Shown here: positions 1-12,189 of the stretch, one piece after another | Layout of the letters: every line of letters begins with the position of its first letter | Position numbering within the stretch: the first letter of the stretch is position 1 | Origin: Mytilus edulis | Taxonomy: Eukaryota | Length of the DNA: 64,000 nucleotides | NCBI RefSeq assembly: GCF_963676685.1 | Contig: NC_092346.1 | Location: 88,908,001 to 88,972,000 of the forward strand | Reading direction: 5' to 3' | Program-made: the position numbers and the translations under genes | The notes under the pieces: model-generated | Seen by the model: only the letters and a program-made list of their open reading frames with translations | What the model was told of the DNA's origin: nothing | The model's database searches: none

Positions 1-304
1 TTTTCCCAAACAGTGCAGTCTCAGTAGTAATTGTGCATAAATACAACCTGAAAAACACTCATTTATACAGTTTTCATGCTTAAAATGACTATATGAGAAG
101 ATTTGAGGGTCTATATATGCATTATCACTGACAATAAAGGGTCTTATTTCAAAGCAGGGTTTTACTCTTGAAATGGGGTCTAAAAATTGAAGTTTTAGTC
201 AAATTCATGGATTATAATAAATTTCCCAATTTGATAAAAGTGATGCATATTTTCCCAATAAAAAAGGGTACAGGTTGTTTTGAAAAAAGCCAACAATATC
301 ACTG
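1..304. mobile_element. Right end of a non-autonomous TIR DNA transposon (same family as 31321-33172), cut by the window edge
   Basis: Ends in AACAATATCACTG, identical to the right TIR at 33160-33172; shares the TTTTCCCAA subterminal motifs. Confidence 0.65.
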
Positions 305-659
305 TATGTAAATGTAAACCTCAATGTGTCTTTTTTTTCTGTGTTGTTGGATTGCCATCTCATTTATTCATACCATAAAAAAAATGCTATTAGGACAAGA
401 ATAATGAAAAGCAAGTCTAGTATCCACTGGTCATATTCCCTGCACCTTTTTTAGTAGCAACAGGCCTTTCTCCAACCTTTTTATAGTCTTAAGTTTTGCA
501 TAGTTTTGACAAACTTAATGGAGGAGACCTTCAAATCTGCACAGGATCTAGGTAATTGGCAATCAAATTCTCTTTTCTAAGCCCTATAGATTTTATGTAG
601 TGGACCATGTATCTTGCCAAATATTTTTACCTTTTGTACGACTCATATTCTTGACTTAA

Positions 660-785
660 TCAAGTTATGTATGGGCTTTGCTCATTGTTGAAGGCTATAC
701 AGTGACCTATAGTTGCTAATTTCTGTGACATTTTGGTCTCTTGTGGAGAGTTGTCTCATTGGCAATCATACCACATCTTCTTTTT
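660..785 (-). repeat. Fragment of a dispersed SINE-like repeat
   Basis: Reverse complement AAGAAGATGTGGTATGATTGCCAATGAGACAACTCTCCA; related copies at ~3282-3330 and ~12473-12620. Confidence 0.55.
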
Positions 786-3749
786 GTTTTTTTGTATGTA
801 ATTTATATTTCCAACCCTAATTTGATGACTCTGTTTTAAAGTTGAGTGTGGTAATAAAGTGCCAATTGCTCTCATTACCATCAGGTCTTGTCAATATCTA
901 GACTTCTGTAAATAGGTTTAAATCCCAACCAATTGATAATGAAGCAGTAAATTTGACTATCAATCAATGAAAGACAAATCAGGCTCTCAATGTTTAAGAT
1001 TCTAACGAACAAATATTTAAGTTATCAGAAATAATTAATTGAATATCATTGAAATAATATCTTTTAAGAACATTTGTACTTTCTAAAATTATCATAAACT
1101 TAAAATGTTGCTCTTGAAAACTAAAAGAAAGCAATCTATATCAATCAGAACATACATAAAATCCTCCTATGGAAGCCCCTTATCAAGAAAAATAAATGCA
1201 AATTGGTTGCCATTGATTAGAATGGTTGGCTACAGAGCTGTGTATTCAATTTGTTTCACATTAACAATTTGTATTTACATACAAGGTCGATTAGAACCTT
1301 GTGTGGTAAAATGCCGGCTACAATTTCTCACATGTTTTTCTCCTGTATGTATATTCATATATATTCCAATAACTCAGGTCATAAAACTTTTGGGATTACT
1401 TATGTTTGCAAATGTTGTATTTAATCATATTTTGTAATAAAATAAGAAGATTACACCAAGAGCATAACACAATAAATATCTATTCAGTAAATGCATGTTT
1501 ACTGTAAGTACTTTTAATCAGTCTCTTTCATATATTTTTCTATTATGTACCAACAAAGTTATTGTTCATGTAACAGTAACAACCAACTTACTGTAGCTGT
1601 TTTTATAATCCAGACCTTATGTTTTTATATCAATAAATTGTATGTCTTTATCAATAAACAATATACAAAAGTCATAATGTCCCATATATATAACTCTTCA
1701 TGGCTTTCAGAAAAATTCAATGTTTAACATAAAACTAACAAAACTGAAATGTCTTGCCTGCTTTATTGATAACTTAGTGAATGAATTTATGTGTAAAGTC
1801 TTTAAAATAAAGGGTTAATACAAGTATCATATAATCAATGATCCATGTAAATAAGGTCAAGGTCAAATAGGCAGTCAAAGGACACATCATTCCATACCTC
1901 AGATAACTTTTGCTTATTGTATCGTAGAAATAGGCATAACCATAAAAAAGTATACACTGTCCAATGAACCATGGAAATTAGATTAAGATCAGATAAACTG
2001 TACCAAACAAACCTGTACACCATACAATAATCCATTCACCATATATAGATAAACTTTTGCTTGTTGTATCTTAGAAATTGACCCAAAAAGTTGCAGATTG
2101 AACCAAGAAATAAGGTCAAGGTCAAGGTCAGCCAACATTAAATGGAGATCAGGAAGACAACAAAACAAAGTTATTCAAAATAGACTTTTTCTCTCTATTT
2201 TCTGTTCATTCAGTTTCTCTTTAGACAAATTCTGATGTAGCTTGTCACCAGAAAAGCTGAATTATTAATGCCTTTATAAGAAACCTTTACAAGCTTGTCA
2301 AGGGTTTATCCATAATCATTGTATTTTAAAGGTAATCCAGACAACTTGTGACAAGAACATCATGAAACTGTCATGAACTTTAAATCTGTAGAGGTCATCT
2401 TGATAAACATGCACTTTTACAAGCAAGAGGATAACCTGATATTTTAGGGAAATATATTAAGTAGAGGCTGTAATAAATTATACCACAGCTGCTGTTAAAT
2501 AAATGAAATAAAAAGAACATTATGTACGGTTAGATCACATATTTATTTCACAAATGTAGAAGCAAGTTTACTTTGACATCTTTATATATTTTATTAATCA
2601 GGTAAGGACATTTTTTGAATTGTTAAACAAAATTAAATGTACATGCACCATTTCCGTTGACTGTTATAAAATTCTACTACATGGTAGCTCCTCCCTAATA
2701 ATCAATTTCTAGTTTCCAAATTTTTCTTCAAATTAAAACTAGAGAAATTTCAGCTTATTCCAATCTCGTTATGGCATGTACTTGTTTGACTTTTTATTTT
2801 TATGTTTTTAAGAATTAAGTTTGATTCAAAATTCAAGCATGACAAAAGTTCTAAATTTAAAGTATTACACAATGTAGTATTTTTTTTTGTTGTAAAATGC
2901 TTGTTCTTTTTTTTTTTAAATCTGTTTCTCTGTAAAATTGGTTCTCTGTAAAATTGAAGGACTTCTTATCAATTTTTTTGCCTACTTATGTGGAAGAATT
3001 TCAACCAGATGTGTTGAATTTTATTAAGTTGAGCCCATTTCGGGGTTTTTATATAATTTCTTTAATGTTTGCCAGAGCTTGTAAACTAAGAAATACCACT
3101 GCACTTTATTAATCCTGTCCAAAGCCAGAAACCACTGTATTGTCCTTTGCTTTCACAGCTGAGCATAGCACATTTGTGGTATCCCCTTCTTTAACCACAG
3201 CCATTTCAGCAACAGTACTACTTTGGGGTGGGTGGCAGTGTTAAAAAATAAAATATACTCTTATAGAGTTACTATACAAAAAGAAGCTGTGGTACGATTT
3301 CCAATGAGACAACTCTCCAAGACCAAATGATGTACATATGCTGATTTTCTAGACCTAAAACAAACCTCAGATAACTGGAATTTTTTAACAATATGAAACA
3401 AGTAGGCTTTAATTCGGAAAACTTAAATTGGATCAATTCATCATGAAATGTGGTCTAAGACAAGCAAACTTCGTCAGCTTAAGATTTTACTGATTCTATA
3501 CAACAAATAAAGTTGACAAACTAATTGTAGTAGAAGAAAAAAGTCCCATAATCACCAACTAACAATTGATCACTGCATCATTAAAATGTGGTCAAAGACA
3601 AGTGAACTCAACCAGCTGTAAAATTAACCTATTATACTGATTCTATAAAACATAACAAATTGACCTATACTACTTATAACTAGTAATTTATCTATAAACT
3701 ATAAACATTTGGATTATTTAAACAGTTATGATCAGTTATGTTAACAAAC

Positions 3750-3865
3750 CTAGTGAATTCATCAAGTAAGCCAGGATCTGGTGTGTAGAACTTTACACAG
3801 AAGTCAAGAGGACTGTCTGGCGAGGGGAGCTGCTTTAATAGACCCTTCTCGTGGTCTAACCAACA
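3750..3865 (-). CDS. FERM-domain (FARP1/2-like) gene, coding exon 3
   Basis: ttttcag acceptor and AG|gtttgt donor; 116 nt encoding CWLDHEKGLLKQLPSPDSPLDFCVKFYTPDPGLLDEFT(R), the WLD...VKFY..DP segment of the FERM F1 lobe; phase 0 fits the preceding exon. The next exon was not found in the window. Confidence 0.9.
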
Positions 3866-6800
3866 CTGAAAAAGAAAAGAATAAAAATACTTAAGCAATT
3901 ATTTTGAAAGAATATATATATATATATGCATTTTAAAGTATAAAGCCACAGATTTTATTTGTCTCACCAGTATGACCTTTTAAATTTTCAACAGCATGAC
4001 AGTCAAAAATAGTTGCAGAGGGATTTATTTAACAGATAAATGTTGCAGCATTTGATTTTCAAAAAAGTCCAAAAAAATATGATTTTCAGGTTTACAATAT
4101 AAACATAATTTTTGTCTAATAATACTAATTCATCCTTCAAAAATGCCGCCAAAATCAATAAATGATATAAAACAAAATCTATTTATAGTGACAATATTGC
4201 AGCATATAGGATTGACATAATTAAGTAAGTCAAAAAAGTGAGAAGCTATCTAATAACCTATAAAAAAGTAAGAAGCTATCTATAATCTAATAACCTATAA
4301 ATTTGTGGAGAAAATCAATCTGACTCAAATCTATGACATACATTTATCTATATTAAGATCATATATCAACAATATTTTGCTGTACATATTCTTAAATACT
4401 TGTTTAGTCATATATGGTAACTAGATTACATGGATCAAAATATCGAACCTAGAATTTGTTCTTTTAATTTTTTATTTAGTTATTCGTAAACAACAAATTA
4501 TAAATAGGTTTTTTTTTTTACTACTTAGAATTACAATATGCAAAATCAAAATGTTCATAACATTTAGTTTTTTTTTCTTTCTAAAAATTCTTTTGAAATA
4601 TTCACATTTGGAGGCCTCTATCCACTAATCAAAGTGCTTGTAAGCACTGAAGGGTAAAGATTGATGTTGTAAGTTTAAGATAAAACATATAATTGTAATA
4701 AGAAATTATTGATTTGTGTAGAAGTTATCTTTCTTTGTTCATGGTTCAGTCTATTTTTATAACAAATTCATACACCATGAATTACTCATGCATTTTTCAG
4801 TAAAGAAAAGTTCTCTTGACAACTATGGTAGTCCAAATGCACTTGAATATCTAAGTATCATTAATAGAACACTTGACATTGACTGGAATGATCACTTCAC
4901 TGCACTATTTTGTTTGAACTAGTAGTGATAAATCAGGGAAGTTTAGATACAAATTCAGTACCATAGGGTTTTCATTGCATTTCAAGCAAGCTTTACCCCA
5001 AAAATAATGAAATATTTATAAATGAAAATCCTGTCATAAAAAATATTGTATGAACATGTACAGAACTCAATTCTCAAAATTTATCTTCTTTTGAAAATTT
5101 ACAGGAATAACCACAATAATGTCCTTAGTATTTTTCAGTCATATCTTTTTTTCAAAGGCACCTATTTTCTTGATTTTTTACAACAACTCTGCATACAATC
5201 TTACTGGAAATTTACATTTCAATGCAAAGTTTGTTGGCTTCCTTTACTCAAGAAATAAAAAAAGATACCCCACCAACAACTAAAAATCCACGATAGCTGG
5301 ACCTAAATGGAATTAACATACATTATCTATCTTACATGTACGTATCAATCTTAATATGATCAGAAGCTTTTGTATTTTTTTCTGTTTTGCTTAGAAATAC
5401 AATATATCAATTGTAAAGCCCTAAGTGCTGTCAACGTCAATGATTGAAACTGTTAGCAAGCAATAGCCAGGGTCTTTATATTCATTACAGATTTAATGGA
5501 CAATAAAGATGTTCTAATGCTAACTTTTATATGGAGCTATTCCCTGTATTCAATTACTGAATGAGAGCTATTTTGCTTTAATAAAAAGCTGTATTGGTAT
5601 ATATAAATGTGAAATCACAGAATGCTGGTGAAACTTTACCTAATGCCAGTACTCTCTTTGTTCAAATTGGATATTTGAGCAATGATCTATCTATCACTCT
5701 TAGTAAAAGAAATATTGTAGATAAATATCTTTTAGAGTATGGCTATTGCTCATTACAAACTATTGATTGGATCATCTGGATATAACCTAATTTTGACAGG
5801 TCTTGCATTTGTAACATAAATACAAGAAATGTAGAGGCATTTTTTTTTTACAATATTAGTGACATCTGACAGACTATTAGTTTTTTGTCTAGGATAAATA
5901 TTGATAGATAAAAAAAAATTAAAAAATTGAAGAGCTCAAAAAGTGGTTTTTGTCTTGATTATAAATGTTCAATATTCTATGAACTTATGAGATCAGACAG
6001 TTAGATATTCATTCTCTGAAGACACAAATCAATTGCTTTTACTGTATTTTAATAAAATTAGACGTAACTATATCTCGCTAATCTAAAATGAAAATACCAA
6101 TCAAGAATTTTTGTCTGAACTTCTGGACAATCCTGCAAAAAGATTCTTCAAAATTTCATGTATCCGTGATTTTATTGTCTGCATTTAATCATAGTTGTAT
6201 GTTTCATCAAATTTAATTTCCTTGGGTTAGCATAATAACAAAGAAATATGAAAGTCAACATAGACAACCTCTTATAGGTCTGATAGTTAGATATATCAGA
6301 GGCTGAATATAATCAATACCTGACTAGTATTTAATAAATAAATCAAGAGAGAGAGAATTCTGAAATGCAGGCCTCTACGAAAACTTTTTGATTCACTCGT
6401 CCTACAGAAATGGGACTAATGGTTATCAAAGCATAATTTTCCCAATGTAATGTAACTTGTTGGATATAATACTTATTATATTTTGAATATAAAATATAAC
6501 AGGTCAATGTTTAAGCTGATTTGTTCAATTTCTCCCCTTTATTTTCAGTGGAGTGGCCATGGTAAGTTTAAGTTCAGGAATCCTTCTTCCCATTTGGCAA
6601 AAAACCTGTTCATGCCTATTCTTCAACAATCAGCTCTTCTTCCTTCCAGTTCAGGTCCAAGTTTTGGCATCAGAAGAAAATATCAATTCATTGACTATTT
6701 TGCCTTGAGTATCCTGCCATTTATTGCTTTCTTTTATGTGTAGTACTAATCCAATATGTTTTATTTTATGATAACACTTAATTATTCTTTTTCCGACTAG

Positions 6801-7182
6801 AATCATCTTAATATCTTACACTACAGCAAATTTGGAGAATAAAAATAATCAATATGCTACAATAGGTCATTACTAGTCGAAGCCCATAGCTCATGCTAAA
6901 AGTTTAAAATTAAAATGTAGGTCAAAGTGATCAAATTTTACATTTTTAATTAAATATTTCATTGAGCATTTACTTGCCAGCAATACTATTCTATGAATTG
7001 TAGTTTTTATTTAATTAAATCTTAAGAAAGATTAAGATTTTGTGTGAGACAAAAAAGATCTAAAACAAAAACTAAATCTTATTTTCTAAACTTTAATGTT
7101 GGCTAATTAGGTTCCCTAGATTTAAAGCTGCTGGGATTTCTTAATATTTTGTATTTTTCATAATATGAGAAATGATACCTAC

Positions 7183-7287
7183 CCTAACACCATGTGTATC
7201 ATCATACTGTAGATCGAAATAGTCAGATTCAACCAGTTGTAAATACCGTACCACAGCTTCCCATAATACATTTCCTAATCCCTTGAT
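7183..7287 (-). CDS. FERM-domain (FARP1/2-like) gene, coding exon 2
   Basis: ttttacag acceptor and gtaggt donor; 105 nt = IKGLGNVLWEAVVRYLQLVESDYFDLQYDDTHGVR (FERM L.L.E.DYF.L.Y motif); phase 0/0. Not in the ORF track. Confidence 0.9.
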
Positions 7288-7814
7288 CTGTAAAACAAAA
7301 ATAAAAATATTTTATTTGTGAAAAAATCCATCAATAAATCTAGTTTTCAATATGAAAAGAAATTTTGCCACCGCTTTTATGATCCAACACTGGTTAGAAA
7401 TCCCTATAGACAAACTAGTGAGAGATGAGTTATCTAAGGTGTCACATTTCATCTTTCTTAGAAGATGCTTCAGCCCTAAGATTATATTGCAAAGTTATAC
7501 ACACCATTCAATAAACACAATACTTTACTAGAAGTTTACATCTCAATTCTATTTCCTATTCATAAGGGAGCTTCAATGAAAATTTACAGACATAATTTAT
7601 CTCTTGTTGATACCAAAACACTAGTTCTGGACCAATGGTAAAACAGTTCAGGAGTTAAGGAGTTCAGGAACAATAAGGTCTTTGCTACACATTTGCAGTT
7701 ACGTTGAAAAATTTTACTTAAAAATCTACATTTGAAGAGCTAGTAGACATGGAAAGCTATAAGATGTTTATAACTTTACAGGTATATCAATTCTTTTTCT
7801 TTATATTTACAGAG

Positions 7815-7909
7815 ATGATCACACAGATGAAAAAGAAAAAGAAACTAGCTAAAGTATTAATTCCTCTTCTAGTATTCTTGGTGATAGTCAACACTATTTC
7901 TATAGTAAG
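7815..7909 (+). CDS. Nested GT47 glycosyltransferase gene, coding exon 1 (cytoplasmic tail and signal anchor)
   Basis: Acceptor ttatatttacag just upstream; MITQMKKKKKLAKVLIPLLVFLVIVNTISIV + AG|gtacca. The phase-2 donor joins in frame to the acceptor at 10830. Confidence 0.75.
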
Positions 7910-8312
7910 GTACCAGTACAGAAAATATAACTTACTTTCCAAAACAATGTATCTTCATTAATGGGGTGTATATTCATTTGATATGAAAAATTCAGATTTC
8001 AATGTTTATTGTTTTTACTAACATTAAATAGTATATTCATATATGATTAATGGACAATTCAAAGGCTTTCATCTTACTTTGAAACTGAACTCAATTTGAA
8101 TTAAAAAAATAAAAGAAGACAAAGGTACACATGGGTAAAAGACAAAGGTACAAATGGGTAAAAGGCCAGTAAACTAATGACACACAAACAACCTTTTATA
8201 TGAAGACAGCAAACCAACAATCCTCACACCAGAAAAAAATTCTAACTTGACCTGTTACTTGTCATGATAAAACTATGTATCAATGATCAAATCAATATCT
8301 TCAAGCATGACG

Positions 8313-10307
8313 AAACCAGATGCTCCGCAGGGCGTAGCTTTATACGACCGCAGAGGTTGAACCCTGAACGGTTAGGGCAAGTATGGACACAACATTCAAG
8401 CTGGATTCAGCTCTAAATTTGGATTGTGATTAAATAGTTGACACAGCATAGGTTTCTGACACAGAATGAATGTGTTCTAATGAACTTAAAAATTTTGTTT
8501 CTCTTAGAGCAATTCACTATGCTGTTGAATATTAATCCTCTCAAAAAAATGTTTGAAGAAATTTTCTTTTTTATTTATGAAATTTCAAATGAGAAAAATT
8601 GAACCCAATTTTTTTAATCACATCCCCCTTTCCCTTATTCCAAAACTAATCTCAATTAAAATTTCTAATGGAGTTTGCAACAATAACTCCTCATTTAAAT
8701 ACATCATAAAATATTAAGATGTAAAAAAACTGCTTGTTATCACTGAATGGTAAAGATTATTTTAATTTATCAGTTGGTAGTAAAAAGTGAATATACATTG
8801 TATATTGTATATAACAAAGATTTAAGTTGGTTCTGGACAAAGAAAGATAACTCCAATTAAAAAAAAATCTTGCTTTTGCACAATATTTTGCAATTAGATA
8901 TTTCTTGCTTACTATTCTGGACAAAGAAAGATAACTCTAATTAAAAAAAAATTTGATATTTCACAATATTGTGCAATTAGATATTTCTTGCCATTGCGCA
9001 ATACTGTGCAATTGAAAAGACTTGCTATTGCACAATACTTAATATAATAATTTTAGATCCTGATTTGGACCAACTTGAAAACTGGGCCCATAATAAAAAA
9101 TCTAAGTACATTTTTGGATTCAGCATATCAAAGAACTTCAAGATTTCAATTTTTGTTAAAATCAGACTAAGTTTAATTTTGGACCCTTTGGACTTTAGTG
9201 TAGACCAATTTGAAAACTGGACCAAAAATGAAGAATCTACATACACAGTTAGATTTGGTATATCAAAGAACCCCATTTATTCAATTTTTGATGAAATCAA
9301 ACAAAGTTTAATTTTGGACCCCGATTTGGACCAACTTGAAAACTGGGCCAATAATCAAGAATCTAAGTACATTTTTAGATTCAGCATATCAAAGAACCTA
9401 ACTGATTCATTTTTTGTCAAAATCAAACTAAGTTTAATTTTGGACCCTTTGGAACTTAATGTAGACCAATTTGAAAACGGGACCAAAAGTTAAGAATCTA
9501 CATACACAGTCATGACAGTTAGATTCAGCATATCAAAGAACCCCAATTATTCAATTTTGATGAAATCAAACAAAAGTTTAATTTTGGACCCTTTGGGCCC
9601 CTTATTATGTTGGGACCAAAACTCCCAAAATCAAACCCAACCTTTCTTTTATGGTCATAAACCTTGTGTTTAAATTTCATAGATTTCTATTTACTTATAC
9701 TAATGTTATGGTGCGAAAACCAAGAAAAATGCTTATTTGGGTCCCTTTTTGGCCCCTAATTCCTAAACTGTTGGGACCTACACTCCCAAAATCAATACCA
9801 ACCTTCCTTTTGTAGTCATTAACATTGTGTTTAAATTTCATTGATTTCTATTTACTTAAACTAATGTTATTGTGCGAAAACCAAGAATAATGCTTATTTG
9901 GGCCCTTTTTTGGCCCCTAATTCCTAAACTGTTGAGACCAAAACTCCCAAAATCAATCCCAACCGTTCTTTTGTGGTCATAAACCTTGTGTCAAAATTTC
10001 ATAGATTTCTATTAACTTAAACTAAAGTTATAGTGCGAAAACCAAGAAAATGCTTATTTGGGCCCTTTTTGGCCCCTAATTCCTAAAATGTTGGGACCAA
10101 AACTCCCAAAATCAATACCAACCTTCCTTTTGTGGTCATAAACCTTGTGTTAAAATTTCATAGATTTCCATTCACTTTTACTAAAGTTAGAGTGCGAAAA
10201 CTAAAAGTATTCGGACGCCGGACGACGACGACGACGACGCCGCCGACGCCAACTTGATAGCAATATACGACGAAATTTTTTTCAAAATTTGCGGTCGTAT
10301 AAAAAAA
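8313..10307 (-). mobile_element. Helentron-associated non-autonomous element (HINE/DINE-1-like), apparently complete
   Basis: Inverted subterminal repeats TATACGACCGCA (8341-8352) and TGCGGTCGTATA (10290-10301); inner copy TATACGACGA (10264); (GAC)n microsatellite ~10213-10250; GCTCCGC-AGG-GCGTAGC hairpin 8322-8338; internal tandem arrays; A/T-run ends and no TSD. Confidence 0.8.
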
Positions 10308-10468
10308 GTGTGAAAAAATGATTATTTGAGTGAATTTTCAAAGTCAAGGGACCTTAACTCTGTAACTTGTCATGATAAAACAATACTCCAAATATACCAG
10401 CTGCATGGACATACGGACAGAGTGCAACATAAAGTCTCCTTCGACTTCCTCAGTGGGGGACTAACAAA
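10308..10468. mobile_element. Older HINE-like remnant split by the 8313-10307 insertion (left part ~8235-8312)
   Basis: ACTTGTCATGATAAAAC on both sides of the insertion; GGAC microsatellite and imperfect terminal hairpin AGTCTCC...GGGGACT. Confidence 0.45.
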
Positions 10469-10829
10469 AATCACCAAGTAGAAAAGAAAAAGAGCCAAAA
10501 CAAACAGCTGAAGACTTAAAAGCACAAGACAGAAAACCAAACATAGAAACTACAAACACAGCAAAAACTGAAAGGTATAACTCTGATCCTACCATAGTTT
10601 GCTCTTCACACTTAAATGCTGAGTGTTTGGTGGAGAAGCAGAAAATACACAATATGTAGTTGGTTTCAACAAAGCAGTTTTATATTGCCATGTAATAACC
10701 TTTTTTTTTATATATTAGGACATAATGATTTGACTAGGTCACAAAAACCTACAATGTAACTGTTACTACAGTCTGTATATATATTTTATACTTATTTTTA
10801 TAAATAATATAAATATTTTCTTCTTTCAG

Positions 10830-12189
10830 TCTTTTCTCTGAAGTTGAATTTTACAAACAAAAGCAGAATTTGAATAATGAAATAGACCAGAAAATCACCA
10901 AGCATTCTGTCCAACACACCAGTGCTTCTACATCTTATGAATCAACAGTTCCTACAAACACTTCTGCTTACCCTTTTAGATTTTATATATATGAACTGCC
11001 AAGAAGTTTAAACAAAGACATTCTTGAATATTGTCATAATTATCTAGATAGAAACTGTTTTAATTTTTCCTTGTATGGAATGGGAAGAGAAATAGTATCA
11101 AACCGTTTTACAGATGGATCTATAAGTATATGTGGTACAAATCAATTTAATTTGGAACCAATTATTCACGAAAAACTTAAAAGAAATCCTTTAAGAACAA
11201 GAAATCCAGAGAAAGCTGACTTGTTTTATGTTCCTGCATATATAGGATTATTGTGCATTTGTCAGAATGATAAAGCATCAAAAATGGTACAGACATTGAA
11301 AGATTTTCTGACAAACAGTTCATATTTTTCAACTGGGAAGCTTCATTTTTCAACAGCTTCAAAAATAGAAAAAGAAATGGAAAGCAGTAATTGCCCGTAT
11401 TTGTTTCAGTCTTTTACAAATAAAATTACATATATAACCATTGAAAAGCAAAAAATGTCATACGGACTTGATACTGTATGGCCATATTCAATTATGCATA
11501 AAAACTCAATAATAGTAGCACCATACCCATCATATGGCCATTTTCAACAATCAAAAGAAATAGATTTGTCCACAGTGCCAATTCATGATAGAGACGTGTT
11601 TATTCTACTCCCTGCTGGCGAACATCCATCAAGTCATCAAAGATTTAAAATTATGAACCAATTTGATATTAAAACAAAGTTACCATACAGCAGATTTAAA
11701 ATGTGCCACATAAACCGTACAAACACCATGGTCCTGTTCTATACCAAAGAGTGTGATTATAGTATAAGTAAATCATTATTTACATGGATGCAGCATTCAG
11801 TATTTTGCCTACAGCCTCCTGGTGACTCCCCTTCAAGAAAATCCTTCTATGATTCTATCATCAGTGGATGCATTCCGGTCATTTTAACGGTGGATGGACA
11901 CAATCCGTATGCATTTCAGGAGTTTTTAGATTACTCAACTTTTACTATATCAATTGAGATGGATAAAATTTTAGAAGAGGGTCACAATATTTACAATCTC
12001 TTACAAGATGTTTCAACTATTCAAATTCAGACAATGCATGAAAAAATTAGAAAGATAGCTAAATATATGCAGTATTCCATTCCTAGTCATAAAAGAGAAA
12101 GAGAGAATGATGCACTGCAGCTTATATTTCATAAGTTGGCAAATAAATTTAAGCTTCCTTATGACAAACAATTACAAGGCATAAATTAG
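10830..12189 (+). CDS. Nested GT47/exostosin-family glycosyltransferase, coding exon 2 (stem and catalytic domain); 484 aa with exon 1
   Basis: ttctttcag acceptor at 10829; intact frame with FYIYELP, TNQF.LE.IIH, RT.NPEKADLFYVP, PYPS and FCLQPPGDSPSRKSFYDSIISGCIPV motifs; TAG at 12187-12189; AATAAA at 12303. Confidence 0.92.

Noticed and set aside
1105-1437. 110-aa ORF and similar short hydrophobic ORFs across the introns
   Set aside because: Non-ATG starts in many cases, composition typical of random AT-rich DNA, and no motifs or splice support.
9025-9493. 142-aa and 83-aa repetitive ORFs
   Set aside because: They lie in the tandem core of a non-autonomous HINE and show no domain motifs.
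10870-10872. TTG start of the 439-aa ORF
   Set aside because: Eukaryotic spliced gene; the frame is open back to the acceptor at 10830 and the anchor comes from the upstream exon.
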